From positions 122,760,001 to 122,824,000 of the forward strand of contig OX597814.1 in NCBI GenBank assembly GCA_951406725.2: a DNA stretch of 64,000 nucleotides, read 5' to 3'. Every line of letters begins with the position of its first letter. Position 1 is the stretch's first letter. This document shows, piece after piece, positions 1 to 14,124 of the stretch. The DNA is from Octopus vulgaris (Eukaryota). Below the pieces are notes generated by a model. That model searched no databases. It saw nothing but the letters and a program-made list of their open reading frames with translations, and was not told the origin of the DNA. A program made the translations under genes and the position numbers.

Positions 1-59
1 ATCGACTTTTGCTTCTCTAAAACATTGTTTTTCAGAAAAATACAAAATGAGGTATTAGC

Positions 60-645
60 CCTCTTACAATAGTTTTTACAATTTATAACACATAGTTGAG
101 GCAATTAAGTTCCTTCTTCCCTCGCCAGGCTGTACGCTACAAGTCCAGGTCCAGGTCGGGGCCCCGGAATGCAAATCTGAACATGTCCTTCGAGAAGGCG
201 CCCATCACCCTGAACATACCGACATCCGATATTACCTTCGTAGTCACCTGGGAAGGCCAATATTCGTCCTCTGTCCAGAGTATGGGATTCTCTCTCTGGT
301 CATCCAGCTTCTCTACGAAGCTCGGTACTGTCCCTCCTTTCTGGAAGAAGATGGCAAATCCTCTTTCCTCCTTCTAGGAGGGGCGGCTGTTTCTTCTGTC
401 GGTAGCACACATCCCACCGACAAATTTTCCGGGCATGCCTGCAGTTCACCATCAACCGCCGGCAATGTCCGGTTCTTCTTTTTTCGTTTCCGCTTTTCCT
501 TTGCGACGGAAAGGTGGAGTTCCTCCATCTTGTCTGGAAGTCCTTCCATTCCTCTCGCCGCCACAGGGTCCATTGATGGGCAACCATTGTTGCCCACCTT
601 ACTTTTTCTCCCTCTCTTTTTCGATGGGGTTGCCTCCCCTTGACT

Positions 646-688
<43 letters not shown>

Positions 689-1893
689 CAATGGGTAGTA
701 GGAGGCTCTTCTATTAACTGTTCCAGGAAATTTGCTTGGTCGCGGAGGCAGTTTTTTATGTGGCCTAATTCCAGGCAAAGGTGACACAAGGCGGCGGGCA
801 TCCCTCAAGGATCACCGGGTACCTGGAACCGGTCATTGTTAAAAAATCTAGCAAAACCATATCATCGGCTGATTGGGTCCATAAGGTCAAAATTGCTTTC
901 AACCGCACTCAGTCAGCCGCAGGCAGAATTCTGACATTCAAGAGCCTGGCCTGTCTGTCACCCAGACCCCGACGGATAGTGTCTTCTATCCATTCGGGCT
1001 CTATTCCAGGTGGCAGCCCCCACACCCAAGCTCTCGTCAATTTTCTGCCTTCATATGTGGGGAAAGCAGAATTTTCTCCCTCGTCAACGGTTGGCTCGCA
1101 AATTCTTGAGTCTCTGCAGGGGTATCAAACAGCAACTACAACGTTGCGTACTTGATACCCCTTGCAATAAATTTAATAGTTGGCAGGTATTCTGCCAACT
1201 CCTTTTCTATTTCTGTCTGCGAGAACACAGCGATGGTGTCGAGAGACCTAGAATACGTCCTCAACACCACCGTTCTCGCATTAAAATTGTTCAGCCACTA
1301 CTTGGGGGCCACAATTTGCCACTCCAATACAGTGTTTTTAGTTACCATGAGGACAAAACAGGGCAAATCAAAAAATGTTCAAAACAAAAGTTCAAAAAGG
1401 TTTCAAAGGAAAAGTCAATAAGCAACTCAAAAAAGAACAGAAAGATAGAGCAAAGAAGAAAGAACGAAGGAAGACAGTTGAATGGCAACACAATTCCGCC
1501 ACTTAGGTAGTCTGCACGAATATAGGCCGCAGCACAAAAATATTCCAATTTTGGTTTCTCACAGCTAAGTGAGACTAATCACAAAACACAGCAATTTTCT
1601 TGCCGTCCCGGTACTCCAGGCCAAATGGTAATAATCCTGGCCGAAATAGTCAGAAATAACACAACAAACCTCTCACAAACAAGTGAGACATTAGGCACGA
1701 CCACCGGAAAACAAATGCATGAAACCCAGTGAAGACCTCTTGCTCGATAAAAAATAAATAATACGAGCAACAGAACCCCATCAGGTCCAAAAAAATCAGA
1801 CGTCTTACCTAGTAGTTGTGCTTCACTATTTCACGACGCTGACACTCACCGACGTGACTTCCACTGCGAAAAAATCGCGTCCGCTCTGTACTG
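60..1893 (-). mobile_element. Decayed non-LTR retrotransposon relic: ORF1/gag-like region with zinc knuckle (L1/Tx1-like); no ORF2 seen
   Basis: Minus-strand frame from ATG ~1348 (MVTKNTVLEWQIVAPK*...) continues across stops and frameshifts through RAWVWGLPPGIEPEWIE and YPVILEG to CHLCLELGHIKNC (~750-790, CX2CX4HX3C), then a K/R/E-rich linker interrupted by (GA)n. GC-richer than flanks. Confidence 0.55.
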
Positions 1894-1895
1894 AA

Positions 1896-1935
1896 GTAAG
1901 CAACCTACTTATCACACAGCCACTCCTGCGCCTAT
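1896..1935 (-). mobile_element. F2 SINE 5' head fragment
   Basis: Reverse complement ataggcgcaggagtggctgtgtgataagtaggttgcttac matches the first ~40 nt of full F2 copies (46271, 28382). Confidence 0.8.
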
Positions 1936-1948
1936 CTACATACATACA

Positions 1949-2028
<80 letters not shown>

Positions 2029-3448
2029 TATATATATATATATGTATGTATGTATAAAACAAATGCTAGTGTTTAAACACGAGTAAATTTTTATTACAAA
2101 CCAAAAAGAATACTATGGAAACTTAATCACGATTAAAAGAAAGAATCCATCTTTCTATCAAAATATGCTACCGGTTTCGTATGTGCTCCTTGCAAATTCA
2201 TTTGGTGTTCATATCTTATTTCTCTCTTTATTGTTGCTGGGTTGTTGTTGTTGTTGTGGCTATTAGTTGTAACAGATGCAACAATGCAGCCATAGTAGTC
2301 ATAGAAGTGGTTGTGTCAATCTAACTAGTATCAGCTTTAGCGAAACTTGGAGAGAACGTAGCGGTAGTTGTTTCCCTTTCTCTCCCACAATTATTTAGAA
2401 GTGGTCGGTTTTAGTGAGGAAAGTTGCTTCTTTGTTAATGCCTTGTTATTGCAATGTTGTGTTGTTACATCACTGCGTTGATATAAAGGGAAAATATTAA
2501 AGTTCGGCTGCTTCTCACTTGGTTGTCTATACGATTATTCATCCCTATTTGTCTGCTTCCAACTTTTTATTGATTATCTATACAGAATCATACATTGTCT
2601 TCAGAACACGCTGATTTGTCCGATATAATTCTCATGAACCTCCGCAGAAGCTACTGTCACAAAACAATCAGAAAAATTCGAATTCAGAATCGAAACGGCA
2701 ATCAGAACAATTCGAAATATCAACATTATGATATTTTTGTAATGAAAACTGTTAAGCCATCATACCTGATATCGTGAACGATTAATTTAATTTACTTTCA
2801 CTGATTAGTTTTCTCTTATATTTTAGCATGATTAAAACCTCCGTTAAACTGATTGATACGGGTAGCAAAATTTGACAAAAATGAAAACATTTTATTTTAT
2901 CTACGATAAAGTTCTCACATTTTCTTCTCCTTGTTTATATACATATGTGTGTGTGTGTATGTATATATATACATATATGTGTGTGTGTACTTACATATAC
3001 ATGTATATTTACTTTCATATATATAAATGTACATATATATATGTACTTGTAGATATATATATATATAAATAGACAGATAGATAGAGAGAGAGAGAGAGAG
3101 ATAAACGTTTATGTGGTATACATGTACTTCAATGCGAGTGTATATTACTTATGCAAATATTTTAATGCATACAGTTGTATATATATAATTAAGAGATAAC
3201 GTGAATAGTACACAATCACATACATGCCCACACACTCATACACATATATATATATGTACATATGTCTAAATATCTATATTTGTGTATGTATATATGCATT
3301 TATATGTATATATGTATGTCTATATGTGTGTATATATTGAAAAGCAATGAACATAACACAGGAAGGTCAAGTTATAAAAAATGCATTAGCTATGTGCGTA
3401 TATAAATATATATATGTGTTTATATATTTATATATGTGTATATATATT

Positions 3449-3511
<63 letters not shown>

Positions 3512-3514
<3 letters not shown>

Positions 3515-3987
3515 ACGTGACTGCTGGCTGAAATCTGCCTTTCAGCTTCTGACCATCGTCACGTTAACATCGTTGTTTTTCGTCCGCCGCTATAAAGGCT
3601 CCTTCCAATGCGCCAGAGAAAAAATTTGTTTGCTTGTTATCAGTCGTAAGACACTTGTTGTTTTCACCGTTAATGCTTCTGTATTTCATGTTTCTGTATT
3701 CCATTATTGTTTTTTATATCTGTCCCTTTTGCTGTCCTGGTGTTCGTATGCATTCGATCCTTCTTCCAGGAAATCTACGCTTCCAGCTTAGTTTTTCTAA
3801 TGCTCGTTGCTTAGTTTTTCTTGGAGGGCTGGCCGTGATCTAGTAATCTCAAGATTAATCAGCCGAAACTACTACGATGATCCGGTTCTTGACTGAAGAC
3901 TGAGGGTTTCGAATGTCCTGTCCGTGTTTATTGTATCGTCTTCTAAGAGTTATACGTTCTTGTCCATGTTGTATTTTTCTACATACC

Positions 3988-3990
<3 letters not shown>
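3512..3990 (+). mobile_element. Probable PLE pseudo-LTR fragment between two (TA)n tracts
   Basis: Non-microsatellite block bounded by (TA)n on both sides; degenerate ggctg...cagcc-GAAA motif at ~3825-3870; shares cacgtgac start with 18328. Confidence 0.4.
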
Positions 3991-4032
<42 letters not shown>

Positions 4033-4286
4033 TTACATATATGCATGTACATCTATATTCACGCATACATGTCTATCTAAAAAATCATCCAGTTCATGTA
4101 TTTTTCCGTATCCCTATGTGTGTGTATATATACATAAACTCGCTGAATATGGCCGAATATAAAGGACTATTCATATAACGCTATATAAGCATACATATAT
4201 TATAACTATGTATGTATATATGTATATATGTATAATTATACATGCATGTCTGTGTATAATAATATATCTCTAGGTATGTATGTATA

Positions 4287-4296
4287 TAGATAGATG

Positions 4297-4390
<94 letters not shown>
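4287..4390. repeat. (GATA)n microsatellite
   Basis: Direct reading; another at 57869-57961. Confidence 0.95.
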
Positions 4391-4857
4391 CGTAAACGTT
4401 CATTTTATTGTGAAGACTCTTCACTTTAATACACAACTTGTTTATTGTATTACGCGAGATACTGAATGGAAAAAACTACATTTTGAGAGAAAGGAGGGGT
4501 TTATTTTCTTATTTTTGTTTGTGTTTTTTTTATCTCCTCTTCAAGTCATTGGTGTTGTTTATGAAACGTTGTTGACTTAGTAAAGCATATTTTTTTACTC
4601 TTGAAGCCAATATCAGTTGCTTTGAAATTTTAAACACCATCTTTGCTTTCTACCTTACTCATCCGTTATATACGTACATTCATACATACACATATATAGT
4701 TATATATGTATATGTGTATGTATGAATGTATGTATGTATTATGCATGTGTGTGTGTGTATGTATGAATGTACGTATATATATATATATATATTCATATAC
4801 ATACATATATGCATATATATAATATACATTATTATACAAATATATATATATATACAC

Positions 4858-4931
<74 letters not shown>

Positions 4932-4971
4932 TAGACATGTATATGCACGTGTGTACATCTGTATGCGTATG

Positions 4972-5012
<41 letters not shown>

Positions 5013-6039
5013 CTGCTTCTGTCTATCTTTATAACAGTATTATTTACTTTAACAGGAAGTTGTTTCCTTCAAATTTCAGCTACCTCTTTCCCGTAATATT
5101 ACTTATCTTCCGCACTATTACTACATATCAATGTATTTCTTTATTTACTTAGCTGTTTCTTATACTTATTCTCATTCTTATTCTTATTCTTCTTATTCTT
5201 ATTCTTATTCTTATTATTATTATTCGCCACCTGTTTTCAATCGTTTTATGCGCATTTTCATTGCAGTACCGGGTGCACTTCCATGCACCTGATTTGCGAG
5301 TTACATTGTCTTTTAAAGATATACATGTTTGCTTCTACGCATTTATTCATCAGTTACGCTTTGTTCTGGGATTGCTCTTTTTTTCATTTTGTTAGGTGTT
5401 ACTTTTCACTCTTTGTTATGTTGTGTAAGTTATGTACAATCTACCTTATATTACGTTGGGTGGTGTCGGTGCTTCTCTGTTTCTTCTTTCTGTTTATTGT
5501 GTGATGTGTGGTTGGCATTAGCAGTTTTCTGTGCGTACCTGTGTGTTTTTGTGTGTTCGTGTGTGTGAGATTCAATGCTTGTCTATATTGTTGTGTTACT
5601 GAACGGCAGCTGTGAGGAATGGGAGTTGTTAGTTCATGGTGTTATAATGTTGGATATCGAACATATATCAGTATACGTTGAATTACTTCATTTTGTATTG
5701 ATTACATAGAATATATCCCAGCTTCGTCAACAACTCGCAGGCTGAAATAGGTAAAAGTGTGAAAAAGTAAATATTCTTTCATAAAGTTTGGAGACGATTC
5801 TGTAGTTTATATGTTGTGTGAATTATTGTTTTTATTGAATGGCTATTATAATTGAATATGCGCTGTGCGTAGAGAGTGTAATGTCTGAGTTATGTTAATA
5901 AATTGGAAATGATTCACCGAGGATCTGATGTGTACCTAGAACGTCTGCTTTCTAATCTGTCAGGAATATTGTGAGCACTGGTCTATTTTTCAATTTTTTC
6001 ATTAAACATTTTATAGATTTATTAATATTTTGCTTTTGG

Positions 6040-6209
6040 AGGAGCGGCTGTGTGGTAAGTACCTTGCTTAACTACCACGTGGTTCCGGATTCAGTGCCAC
6101 CGCGTGGCACCTTGGACAAGTGTCTTCTACAATAGCTTCGGGCCGACCAAAGCCTTGTGAGTGGATTTGGTAGACGGAAACTGAAAGAAGCCCGTCATAT
6201 ATATATGTA

Positions 6210-6247
<38 letters not shown>

Positions 6248-6474
6248 TGTGTGCGTGCATGTTTGTGTGCCTGTGTTTGTCTCCCCAACATCGCTTGACA
6301 ACCGATGCTGGTGTGTTCACGTCCCCGTAACTTAGCAGTTCGGCAAAAGAGACCGATAGAATAAGTACTAGGTTTACAAAGAATAAGTCCAGGGGTCGAT
6401 TTGCTCGACTAAAGGCGGTGCTCCAGCATGGCCGCAGTCAAATGACTTAAACAAGTAAAAGAGTAAAAGAGTAA
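6040..6474 (+). mobile_element. F2 tRNA-derived SINE, full length, internal (TA)/(TG) microsatellite
   Basis: A-box-like ggctgtgtggtaag, B-box-like ggattcagtgcc, CORE-like ccttggacaagtgtc, internal (TA)(TG)n at 6197-6270, 3' body ending ...gctccagcatggccgcagtcaaatgac...(gtaaaaga)n; many copies in the window. Confidence 0.9.
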
Positions 6475-7222
6475 TACTTGATACTCCAATTATTATCGAT
6501 CATGTTTTTACCTCTATACCTTTCCCCTTACTTTTAATTAATTTAAGGTCTACGTTTCCTTAAAGTATATGCTACCGATACTTTTTGCCCCTTTTTTCGA
6601 TTTTGAGGCGTCATTTCTGCTTCTCTCCACTTGGATCCCTGTTTTTTCAGCTCTACCCCAGTTATCCCACCCTATATGCTTTGTGCTCTGGGGAGGAGGC
6701 GTTCATATCGCAAATCTTTTGGTTTTGAATTTGTGGGGAGGCGGCAGAGTTGTTCTAAGTAATGTTATTGGCCCTACTCAAACCCATTTTTTCATCTTTT
6801 CCAGAGGTGTTCCATAATAGTCCGGGTTCTATCCTAGGCGTTGTACAGCATGGCAGGTTCTAACAGAAGCTTGTACTCCGCTAGCAAAGCTCTTAGTTTC
6901 ACTGAGACACAAAAGCAACTACACCGCAACAAGTACGGAATCTTATGGTGACATACCCTACCACATACAGTTTATTTCAATGTCAGTTCTTTGAAAGACT
7001 TCTCCACCTCCTTCCGAGCCATATTTTGATCAGAAGGTGTCAGATCTTTATCAGAATTTGAACATTTCTACTCCACTCTTTAGTAATGAAATCAGCAGAG
7101 ATCGCTTTGATCTTGTAAGTCTGGACAGGAATATCTCAGATGATTGTTGCTACGTCATTGATCTAAAACAGTATTTGATACAAGCTTATACCACTTTTCT
7201 CTGCTTTCACACTCAAACACAT

Positions 7223-7288
<66 letters not shown>

Positions 7289-7372
7289 ACACACACACAC
7301 ACATACACACACACACACATATTTACACACATAGGCACACGCACACACATGTTGACCTACACTGACACTGTA

Positions 7373-7673
7373 GAGGCACATGACCTAGTGGTTAGAGCAG
7401 CGGACTTGCGGTCGAGGGATCGCAGGTTCGAATCTCAGACCGGGCGATGTGTGCGTTTATGAGCGAAACACCTAAGCTCCACGCGGCTCCGGCAGAAGGT
7501 AATGGCGAAACCTCTGCTGGCTCTTTCGCTACAACTTTCTCTCACTCTTTCCTCCTGCATCTTGCAGCTCACCTGCGACAGACCGGCGTCCCGTCCAGGT
7601 GGGGAACCTATACGCCAAGGAAACCGGGAGATCTGCCCTATGAGCCAGGCATGACTTGAGAAAGAACAACATA
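7373..7673 (+). mobile_element. F3 tRNA-derived SINE with 11-bp target-site duplication
   Basis: tRNA-like head tgacctagtggttagagcagcggacttgcggtcgagggatcgcaggttcgaatc; flanked by direct repeat acactgacact (7359-7369, 7674-7684); homologues at 14628, 23607, 63850. Confidence 0.9.
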
Positions 7674-9125
7674 ACACTGACACTTGTTGGTCGGCTGATT
7701 TATTATGACTGGTCTAAGGAACTTACTGTGCACTAAACACACTACAAGTAGATTTAGCTCTCACTTGTAAGTAACCTTCCTGCAGTTTCTACATTACAGT
7801 AGAGCATACATTCATCTTAAAGAAGTATTTCTATGACGAAACGCAACAGCTATTAGCATATTCACGTTCGAATTTTCTGAAATACATTCAGAATAAATAG
7901 TGCAAGACATCATTTTGTTTCTTGGCGTTCACCGTGCGCATGACGATTTAATATCAGTTGGCAGGTATTAGCACTCATTAGGATACAATTTGTTTGCTGA
8001 AGTTATAAACAAGGGCTACGAAATTTTGTTATATTCTTTAGTCTGAGGTTCCTTTGGCAGACGAGACACAACTATGTTGAAACACAGGGTGTTCCAGAGG
8101 CCCCTTACAATAATTAATGAATTGAGTCTGTTGTGAACACACGTTTGTCTTAAAGTAGAATTTGTGTTCTCTTACGATGAAGCATATCAGCTAATAATAC
8201 ACCCATTTCGCATCTGCCGAAACGTATTAAGAAGAAAGTAGGAATTACAACCGTGTTTTGTGGTCTGCTACCACACCAGCTCCTTTATAGGATCCAGTTA
8301 GCTCAAGACATCATCAGGGGGAACCACGTCCGGTTTCGGCCCCTACTCCTCTACTGTTTTGACGTGGCGCCCCCCCCCCCCTCTTTCGGAGGTGTCTTCA
8401 GCTCTGGTGTTGGGTGCATGTCTTCTTTCATCTTTCTTCTGTTCCCTAGCCTCTTCGGTGTATCCAAATGATCGATTTGTTTCTAGCTGTTGACTGTGTT
8501 AATGTGCACTGGAACTGAACCTGGAACAACGTGGTTGGGAAGCAAGGTGTTTTACCAGACATCTATTATTATTTACAGAAGTTTTCTATTTACTCTAGTC
8601 ACCATCATTTAGTGCGGACAAGATATATTTCTATCAACTTTGCTGGCTCTCGGATATTTATCAGTAGTTTGCTTTTATTTTCTTTCTATCTAAGATCTTC
8701 AATTTACTTATAGCTTATATTGAAACTGTAGTTTATAAATTGGATGGCTAGTAGTTAATAGCAAATGCCTTATTTCTGGGATTGAATTCAGTATTGACTG
8801 TTAGTTGGAAGATTCTGTTGCAACTTTTTCTAATTTTATTCTTCATTTCCGAACGTTATATCTTATCAGTTTCATTTGCTCCAACGCATTTGTATTGTTA
8901 GGTCTGGTCTGATTTTCTGATTTCGATGTCAGTCTCAGATTTAATGTTCTACATTTTAGCTACGTGCAGATGATTATGTTTGTGATATTTGTTTCGGATC
9001 TTTACGTTCTCAGTTCAAATCTTGTGAGAGTAAAATTTACATTTCATCCTTTCTGGCTCAAATACTGGTGTCGATGGTATCGACTAAATATCAGAATTAC
9101 TGACCTTGTGCCAGAGACAGAAAGG

Positions 9126-9202
<77 letters not shown>

Positions 9203-9209
9203 CGTTGTT

Positions 9210-9710
9210 GTTTTCCTTCTTTCTTCAAATTTTCTTCCATTTCTCGCCGAGTGCTTTCCGTACACCTAGGGCAAAGAAGCTCGTGGTATGCATTCCCAGA
9301 TTACACACGCAAATTTACAGGTGAAATATGTATTTTAAAAAATTAATAAATAAATAAATCCATGAATGGATGTTGTTTTCACAGCGAAAATGCTCTTCTC
9401 AGTACATGAGTCGTTCAAGTTAATACGATTTTTTGCACTTCCTGTAGGAATGGTAAGCCTGGTATCATTTTCAAATAGGTTTCAGTACTTTTTTTTTTAT
9501 CATTCATAGAGATCCTACAATCACTGGTACTGTAGTCGACTTGAGATGCCGCATTTTTTCAATTTCTATTAGCAAGTCTTTATATTTACTGATCTTGTCA
9601 GATTCTTTCGCCGCTATGTTGAGATACTCATGTCAATTAATAAACACACCGTTTTTGTCTGATCTTTTATAATAATATCCGGTTTATTAGCTTTTATAGT
9701 TTTGTCGGTA
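9210..9710 (-). mobile_element. 3' fragment of R4/Dong-like LINE (restriction-like endonuclease C-terminus and 3' UTR)
   Basis: Translation TDKTIKANKPDIIIKDQTKTVCLLIDMSI/NIAAKESDKISKYKDLLIEIEKMRHLKSTTVPVIVGSL* is homologous to ORF 59130-59813; lies between (TTA/TTG)n tracts. Confidence 0.85.
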
Positions 9711-9744
9711 TGTATGTATGTATGTATGTATGTATTATTGTTAA

Positions 9745-9818
<74 letters not shown>

Positions 9819-9849
9819 GTTGTTGTTATTATTATTATTATTAACGAAT

Positions 9850-9888
9850 GAACAATATTTCGACATCTCGTGTGTCTTCTACAAGTTC
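9850..9888 (-). ncRNA. Degenerate minimal hammerhead motif (core UUGUAGA)
   Basis: Reverse complement gaac-TTGTAGA-a-gaca(cacgaga)tgtc-GAAA-ta-TT-gttc. Confidence 0.45.
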
Positions 9889-9982
9889 AAAATAAACATC
9901 TGAATCTGCTTCATTTTGGTAATATTTAAAGGATTGATGTTACTCCTCCAGAAAGTAAAGAAACAATACCCACTGGAGCAAA

Positions 9983-10300
9983 GCACGCCGGGCGAAACGT
10001 TTAGCGGTATTTCGTCTGCCGTTACATTCTGAGTTCAAATTCCGCCGAGGTCGACTTTGCCTTTCATCCTTTCGGGGTCGATTAAATAAGTACCAGTTAC
10101 GCACTGGGGTCGAGATAATCGACTTAGTCCGTTTGTCTGTCCTTGTTTGTCCTCACTGTGTTTAGCCCCTTGTAGGTAGTAAAGAAATAGGTATTACGTC
10201 TGTCTTTACGTTCTGAGTACAAAATTCCGCCGAAGTCGAGCTTGCCTTGCATCGATTTACCCCATCCCCGAAATTGCTGGCCTTGTGCCAAATTTCAAAT
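9983..10300 (+). mobile_element. F1 SINE, partial dimer
   Basis: F1 core ttctgagttcaaattccgccgaggtcgactttgcctttcatcctttcggggtcg...agtaccagttacgcactggggtcga, then restart of the head at ~10190. Confidence 0.9.
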
Positions 10301-10326
10301 AATTATTGTTGTTGTTGTTGTTAATA

Positions 10327-10362
10327 CTGATGAGGCCCTCCACGAATGCGAAGGCCGATATC
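10327..10362 (+). ncRNA. Degenerate hammerhead-like motif
   Basis: CTGATGA-ggcc(15 nt)ggcc-GATA; GAAA mutated, stem I unclear. Confidence 0.3.
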
Positions 10363-10579
10363 TTGACGTTGGGTTTCAGAAGCTGAAGTTTGAATACTGC
10401 AAGCTAAAAAAACACGTAAAATTGAATGATGTTTTCGGGGTGAGATCGTGAATTTAAGTTGTTTGCTTGCGTGGCAGAATATCAGTAGTCCTGTAATGTA
10501 CCTTAAAGAGGTCGCAAATTGTGCAGAAGAGTAGTATTCTACACTGAAAATAACCATACAAAATGTTTGTTAGAACATC

Positions 10580-10720
10580 TTGTCTATTCGTGAGAAACAA
10601 AATTCTGTGGCGGGGACAAGCTGTGAAACATTGACTCAAAGTCAATCTGTGATTCTTGTTGAAGGAATAGAATCAATAAAATAATGTTCTTCCAGACATA
10701 GTAAAATCGTTTAAGTCTTG
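10580..10720 (-). pseudogene. Possible decayed PLE GIY-YIG C-terminus
   Basis: LLCLEEHYFID...CFTACPRHRILFLTN resembles the LCLxEK..I...CxH...FLL tail also seen at 36380-36510. Confidence 0.35.
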
Positions 10721-11283
10721 CCTAAATGTCTGAGATGAGTTATTGATAATACGATTATAATTCTTTGGACTATTAACCTTGTCTACAGAGATAAAACATT
10801 TTTTTATTAATTATATCTAAACTGTATTTTAATCCTTTTGATCTCAAGTTGTCACTTGTTATTTATTCTCGGATGTGTGCATCGTGTCGAACTAGACACT
10901 AACGAGGAACGTTTATTTAAAAACACGATTACATCGTTCAAATCTTGTACGACACAGTCTATGTATACATAAATGGGACACATAATCATGATCAAAGATC
11001 AAACCCATCGAAAAGTAGTCTAGACGTAAATATTTTAAACCAAAAAGCCGGTCCCTATAAGAATGTTCTCAATGCCTCATCTACGGGTTCTTTAACTATA
11101 GTCAGCAATCGCAGTTGTGATGAATTATGCGATTGGGTTATTACTCCCCACTTTAAGCTGTTAGTGATTCGCTGATATCCTTTCACTGACTATTCGAGGC
11201 AAACACCAACAAAATAAATCTAGGAGTTAAAGGCTAATATACAAAGATGCAGACATTAAAAGATTGCACACACACACACACAC

Positions 11284-11344
<61 letters not shown>

Positions 11345-11350
11345 CATACA

Positions 11351-11782
11351 AGCGTGGGTGTGTGGTAAGAAGCTTCCTTCCCAGCCACATGGTTTCGGGT
11401 TCAGTCCCACTGCAGGCACCTTGGGCAAGAGTCTTCTACTATAGCCTCAAGCCAACCAAATCCTTGTGCGTGGATTTAGTAGACAGAAACTCAAAGAAGC
11501 CCGTCGTGTATATATATATGTGCGCGTGTGTGTGTGTGCATGTATGTATGTATGCATATGTGTATATATTTGTGTGTTTGTGTCTGTCATTGTCTCCCTA
11601 TCATCACTTGACAACCGCTGTTGGTGTGCTTACGTTCCTGTAACTCAGAGGTTCAGCAAAAGTAACCGATAGAATAAGTACCAGCTTACAAAAATAAGTC
11701 CATGGGTCGATTTCTCCGATTAAAAGGCGGTGTCAGCATGGCCACAGTCAAATGACTGAAACAAGAGTAAATGAATAAAAGA

Positions 11783-11784
<2 letters not shown>
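11351..11784 (+). mobile_element. F2 SINE, full length, diverged
   Basis: Colinear with 6040-6474 including the internal microsatellite. Confidence 0.9.
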
Positions 11785-11819
<35 letters not shown>

Positions 11820-12304
11820 CAACTAAACAAGTGACAGAAGCACTATTAATACCAAAAGTTAAAGTTTATCCCAGTTAAAAGTTGATGTGTTAGAATACAG
11901 AATTCTGCGATATTTACCTAAAGAAATTTTCTCATATAGTCTTGGGATGCATATGAGCACTCTTGCACGTCTAGAGGGAGGGCAATCACCGCCATCCTCA
12001 ATGCCAGGGCCACCAGATCACATAGTTTCGGCCTTTTTTAGCCTTATCATTGGTAATTACCTGACTGCTGGAAATAATAATAACTGTCCCATCTGAAATA
12101 TACATAGAATCAAACGTTTAAACGTTGCTTCGCAATCAGTGCTTTGTTTCTATACAACCGCACAGCGTCAAGAGAAAGTGTATTTTACTGTTGTCTTGGG
12201 TCGTAAGCTTTGTGAGTGAAACTGAATAGTTGGAAATGGAAACTGTGGAAGCTAATCGAATGCACTGTACCTGTTTTCCGAAAGGCCAGCGTTGCCACAA
12301 ACTA

Positions 12305-12515
12305 CGTTGCCGTTCAAGAAGTTGGACCTGAAGGTCTCCATTTCCAGCGACTTCGTGGGCCACCTCCCAGTGGTGTCGGTCGTCAACGAAGTACCCTCGA
12401 CTACAACAAGACGACCAAAGTTTTTTTTTTCCAATGTCTGGGGTCTCCCGCCCCTAAGCCCTAGACCATCACCTAATCACCCTTACCCGTCTTGTTGCTT
12501 CACAACAACAACAAA
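12305..12515 (+). repeat. Unclassified dispersed repeat, copy 1 (copy 2 at 24625-24830)
   Basis: gccgttcaagaagttggacctgaaggtctccatttccagcgacttc...ccctaagccctagaccatcacctaatcacccttacccgtcttgttgct aligns over ~210 bp with 24625-24830. Confidence 0.85.
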
Positions 12516-14124
12516 TACGTTAAGAATTACGTTAATATTACATGTCCCTGCGGAATACTCAGTCACTTGTACTTTAATTTAATTACTTCTTCGGATGATC
12601 GATCGACTGAATGTTTACTATAGGATGAGACGAAAAACCGATTATATAAAAGTACTTTGTCAAATGTACCTTTTCCTTAGATGGCGTGGTGGGAATTGCT
12701 GTTATCTCTAGCACATCAAATCACCGCATACTGTTTCCATTATTTTGTAGTTGATTAGATGACTGGTTTTGTTCTGTGTTGGATAAATAACTAGAATATA
12801 AGAGATCTTTATATTGTTCCTTTATAAAGTAACTGATTGCTATTTCGCGGGGTGATTTGTATGTAAGAATGGTTTACTCTCCGGGTTTTACTTTGTATTC
12901 CAATAACAAACATATTGTTGTTACAGGCAGTATTAATATGACGGAAATAGCCATGTCAGTATTTCATAAATTCCTGGATAATTACATGCATTTTAACAAG
13001 ACATAGTGAAAGTTGTCAATTCTAGGAGGAGACAACCTACTGCTAGACGTCTTTATCGTACGAGATAAGTCTATTGTTAGGTTAGAATATATTTGCATAT
13101 TATCATATTGCCTGTTTGCTTGTTTTCTCTTCTGTTTTCGTTCTATCCTCTTTCCTTACATTTTTTCTTGTTTTATAACATGACTCCATATATGTTCCCA
13201 TTATACCTCAATTTCTTTCTTCTCTTAGTGTGATAATACTTTTTTATATTAGTGTTACGATAGCTATTGTAAATTTAATGTCCAAAACATATTTACGTTT
13301 TCTCTCAATGTTTAGTTGTATTTATTATTTATTTTCAGGTGTTATTTATTTAACCTTATCTTGCATATCTACCCATTGTTCCATTGTGTTGTTTTGCATT
13401 GGGACCACTTCTATTTTGTGTGTTACACTTGTTAAATTTTTTTCTGTGTGGTCATCTTTATTTTCTTTTTATGCAATATGTTGTTTTCAGAAAACGCTTT
13501 TACTTCATCGGAATATTGCTACTGTAAAAGCTTATCTGATCTGCAGATTCATTCCGAATTTTTGTTATTTTCTTGCTATCTGTGTTTTGCGTTGGTTGAA
13601 GCACTCGTTCTGTTTGTGTTTTCTGTTGTTTTATTTTCATAGTGATACGAAGTCTGGTCCTTTGTGTGTTCAGTCAGTTTTAATGTTCAGTGTGTAGTTT
13701 TTGCAAATCATTAGTTTAGACAATTTAAGGTCCTCACTCACAAGAAATTCCCATCCAATCATCAAAAGCTGTTTTCCGCCGTTTTAATGCACAGAAATTT
13801 TCTGAATGCCTGTGAGGAATTAATGGAAGTTATTGCGCACTGAATACTGTAGAAGTGAATCTAAATATTTGAATTCCACTAATGTCACATAGTTAACAAA
13901 GATTCATAACATGTAAACACGACTACACATTCATTTGGAGAAAGGAGAAAAAGTCGATTAAATACATTCAATATCTGACTGAACTCTAAAAAGAACGATA
14001 GAGGGTAAGTCGACCTCTGAAGGACTACAACGCAGAAAATAAGTTAATACTACGCAACATTTTCTCTAGTTGTCTATCATTTCTGCTTATTCAACGTCTT
14101 TCGTGTATCTAACAATGGTTTTCG

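Noticed and set aside
2165-2195. GAAACCGGTAgcat hammerhead right half on the minus strand (similar halves at 20553 and 20690)
   Set aside because: Left core too decayed to call.
7373-7446. tRNA gene-like sequence (also 23607, 52958)
   Set aside because: Stems are imperfect and each continues into a shared SINE body; the 7373 copy has a TSD. These are SINE heads.
13230-13697. 155-aa hydrophobic ORF
   Set aside because: T-rich composition yields F/L/C/I by chance; non-ATG start and no family motif.
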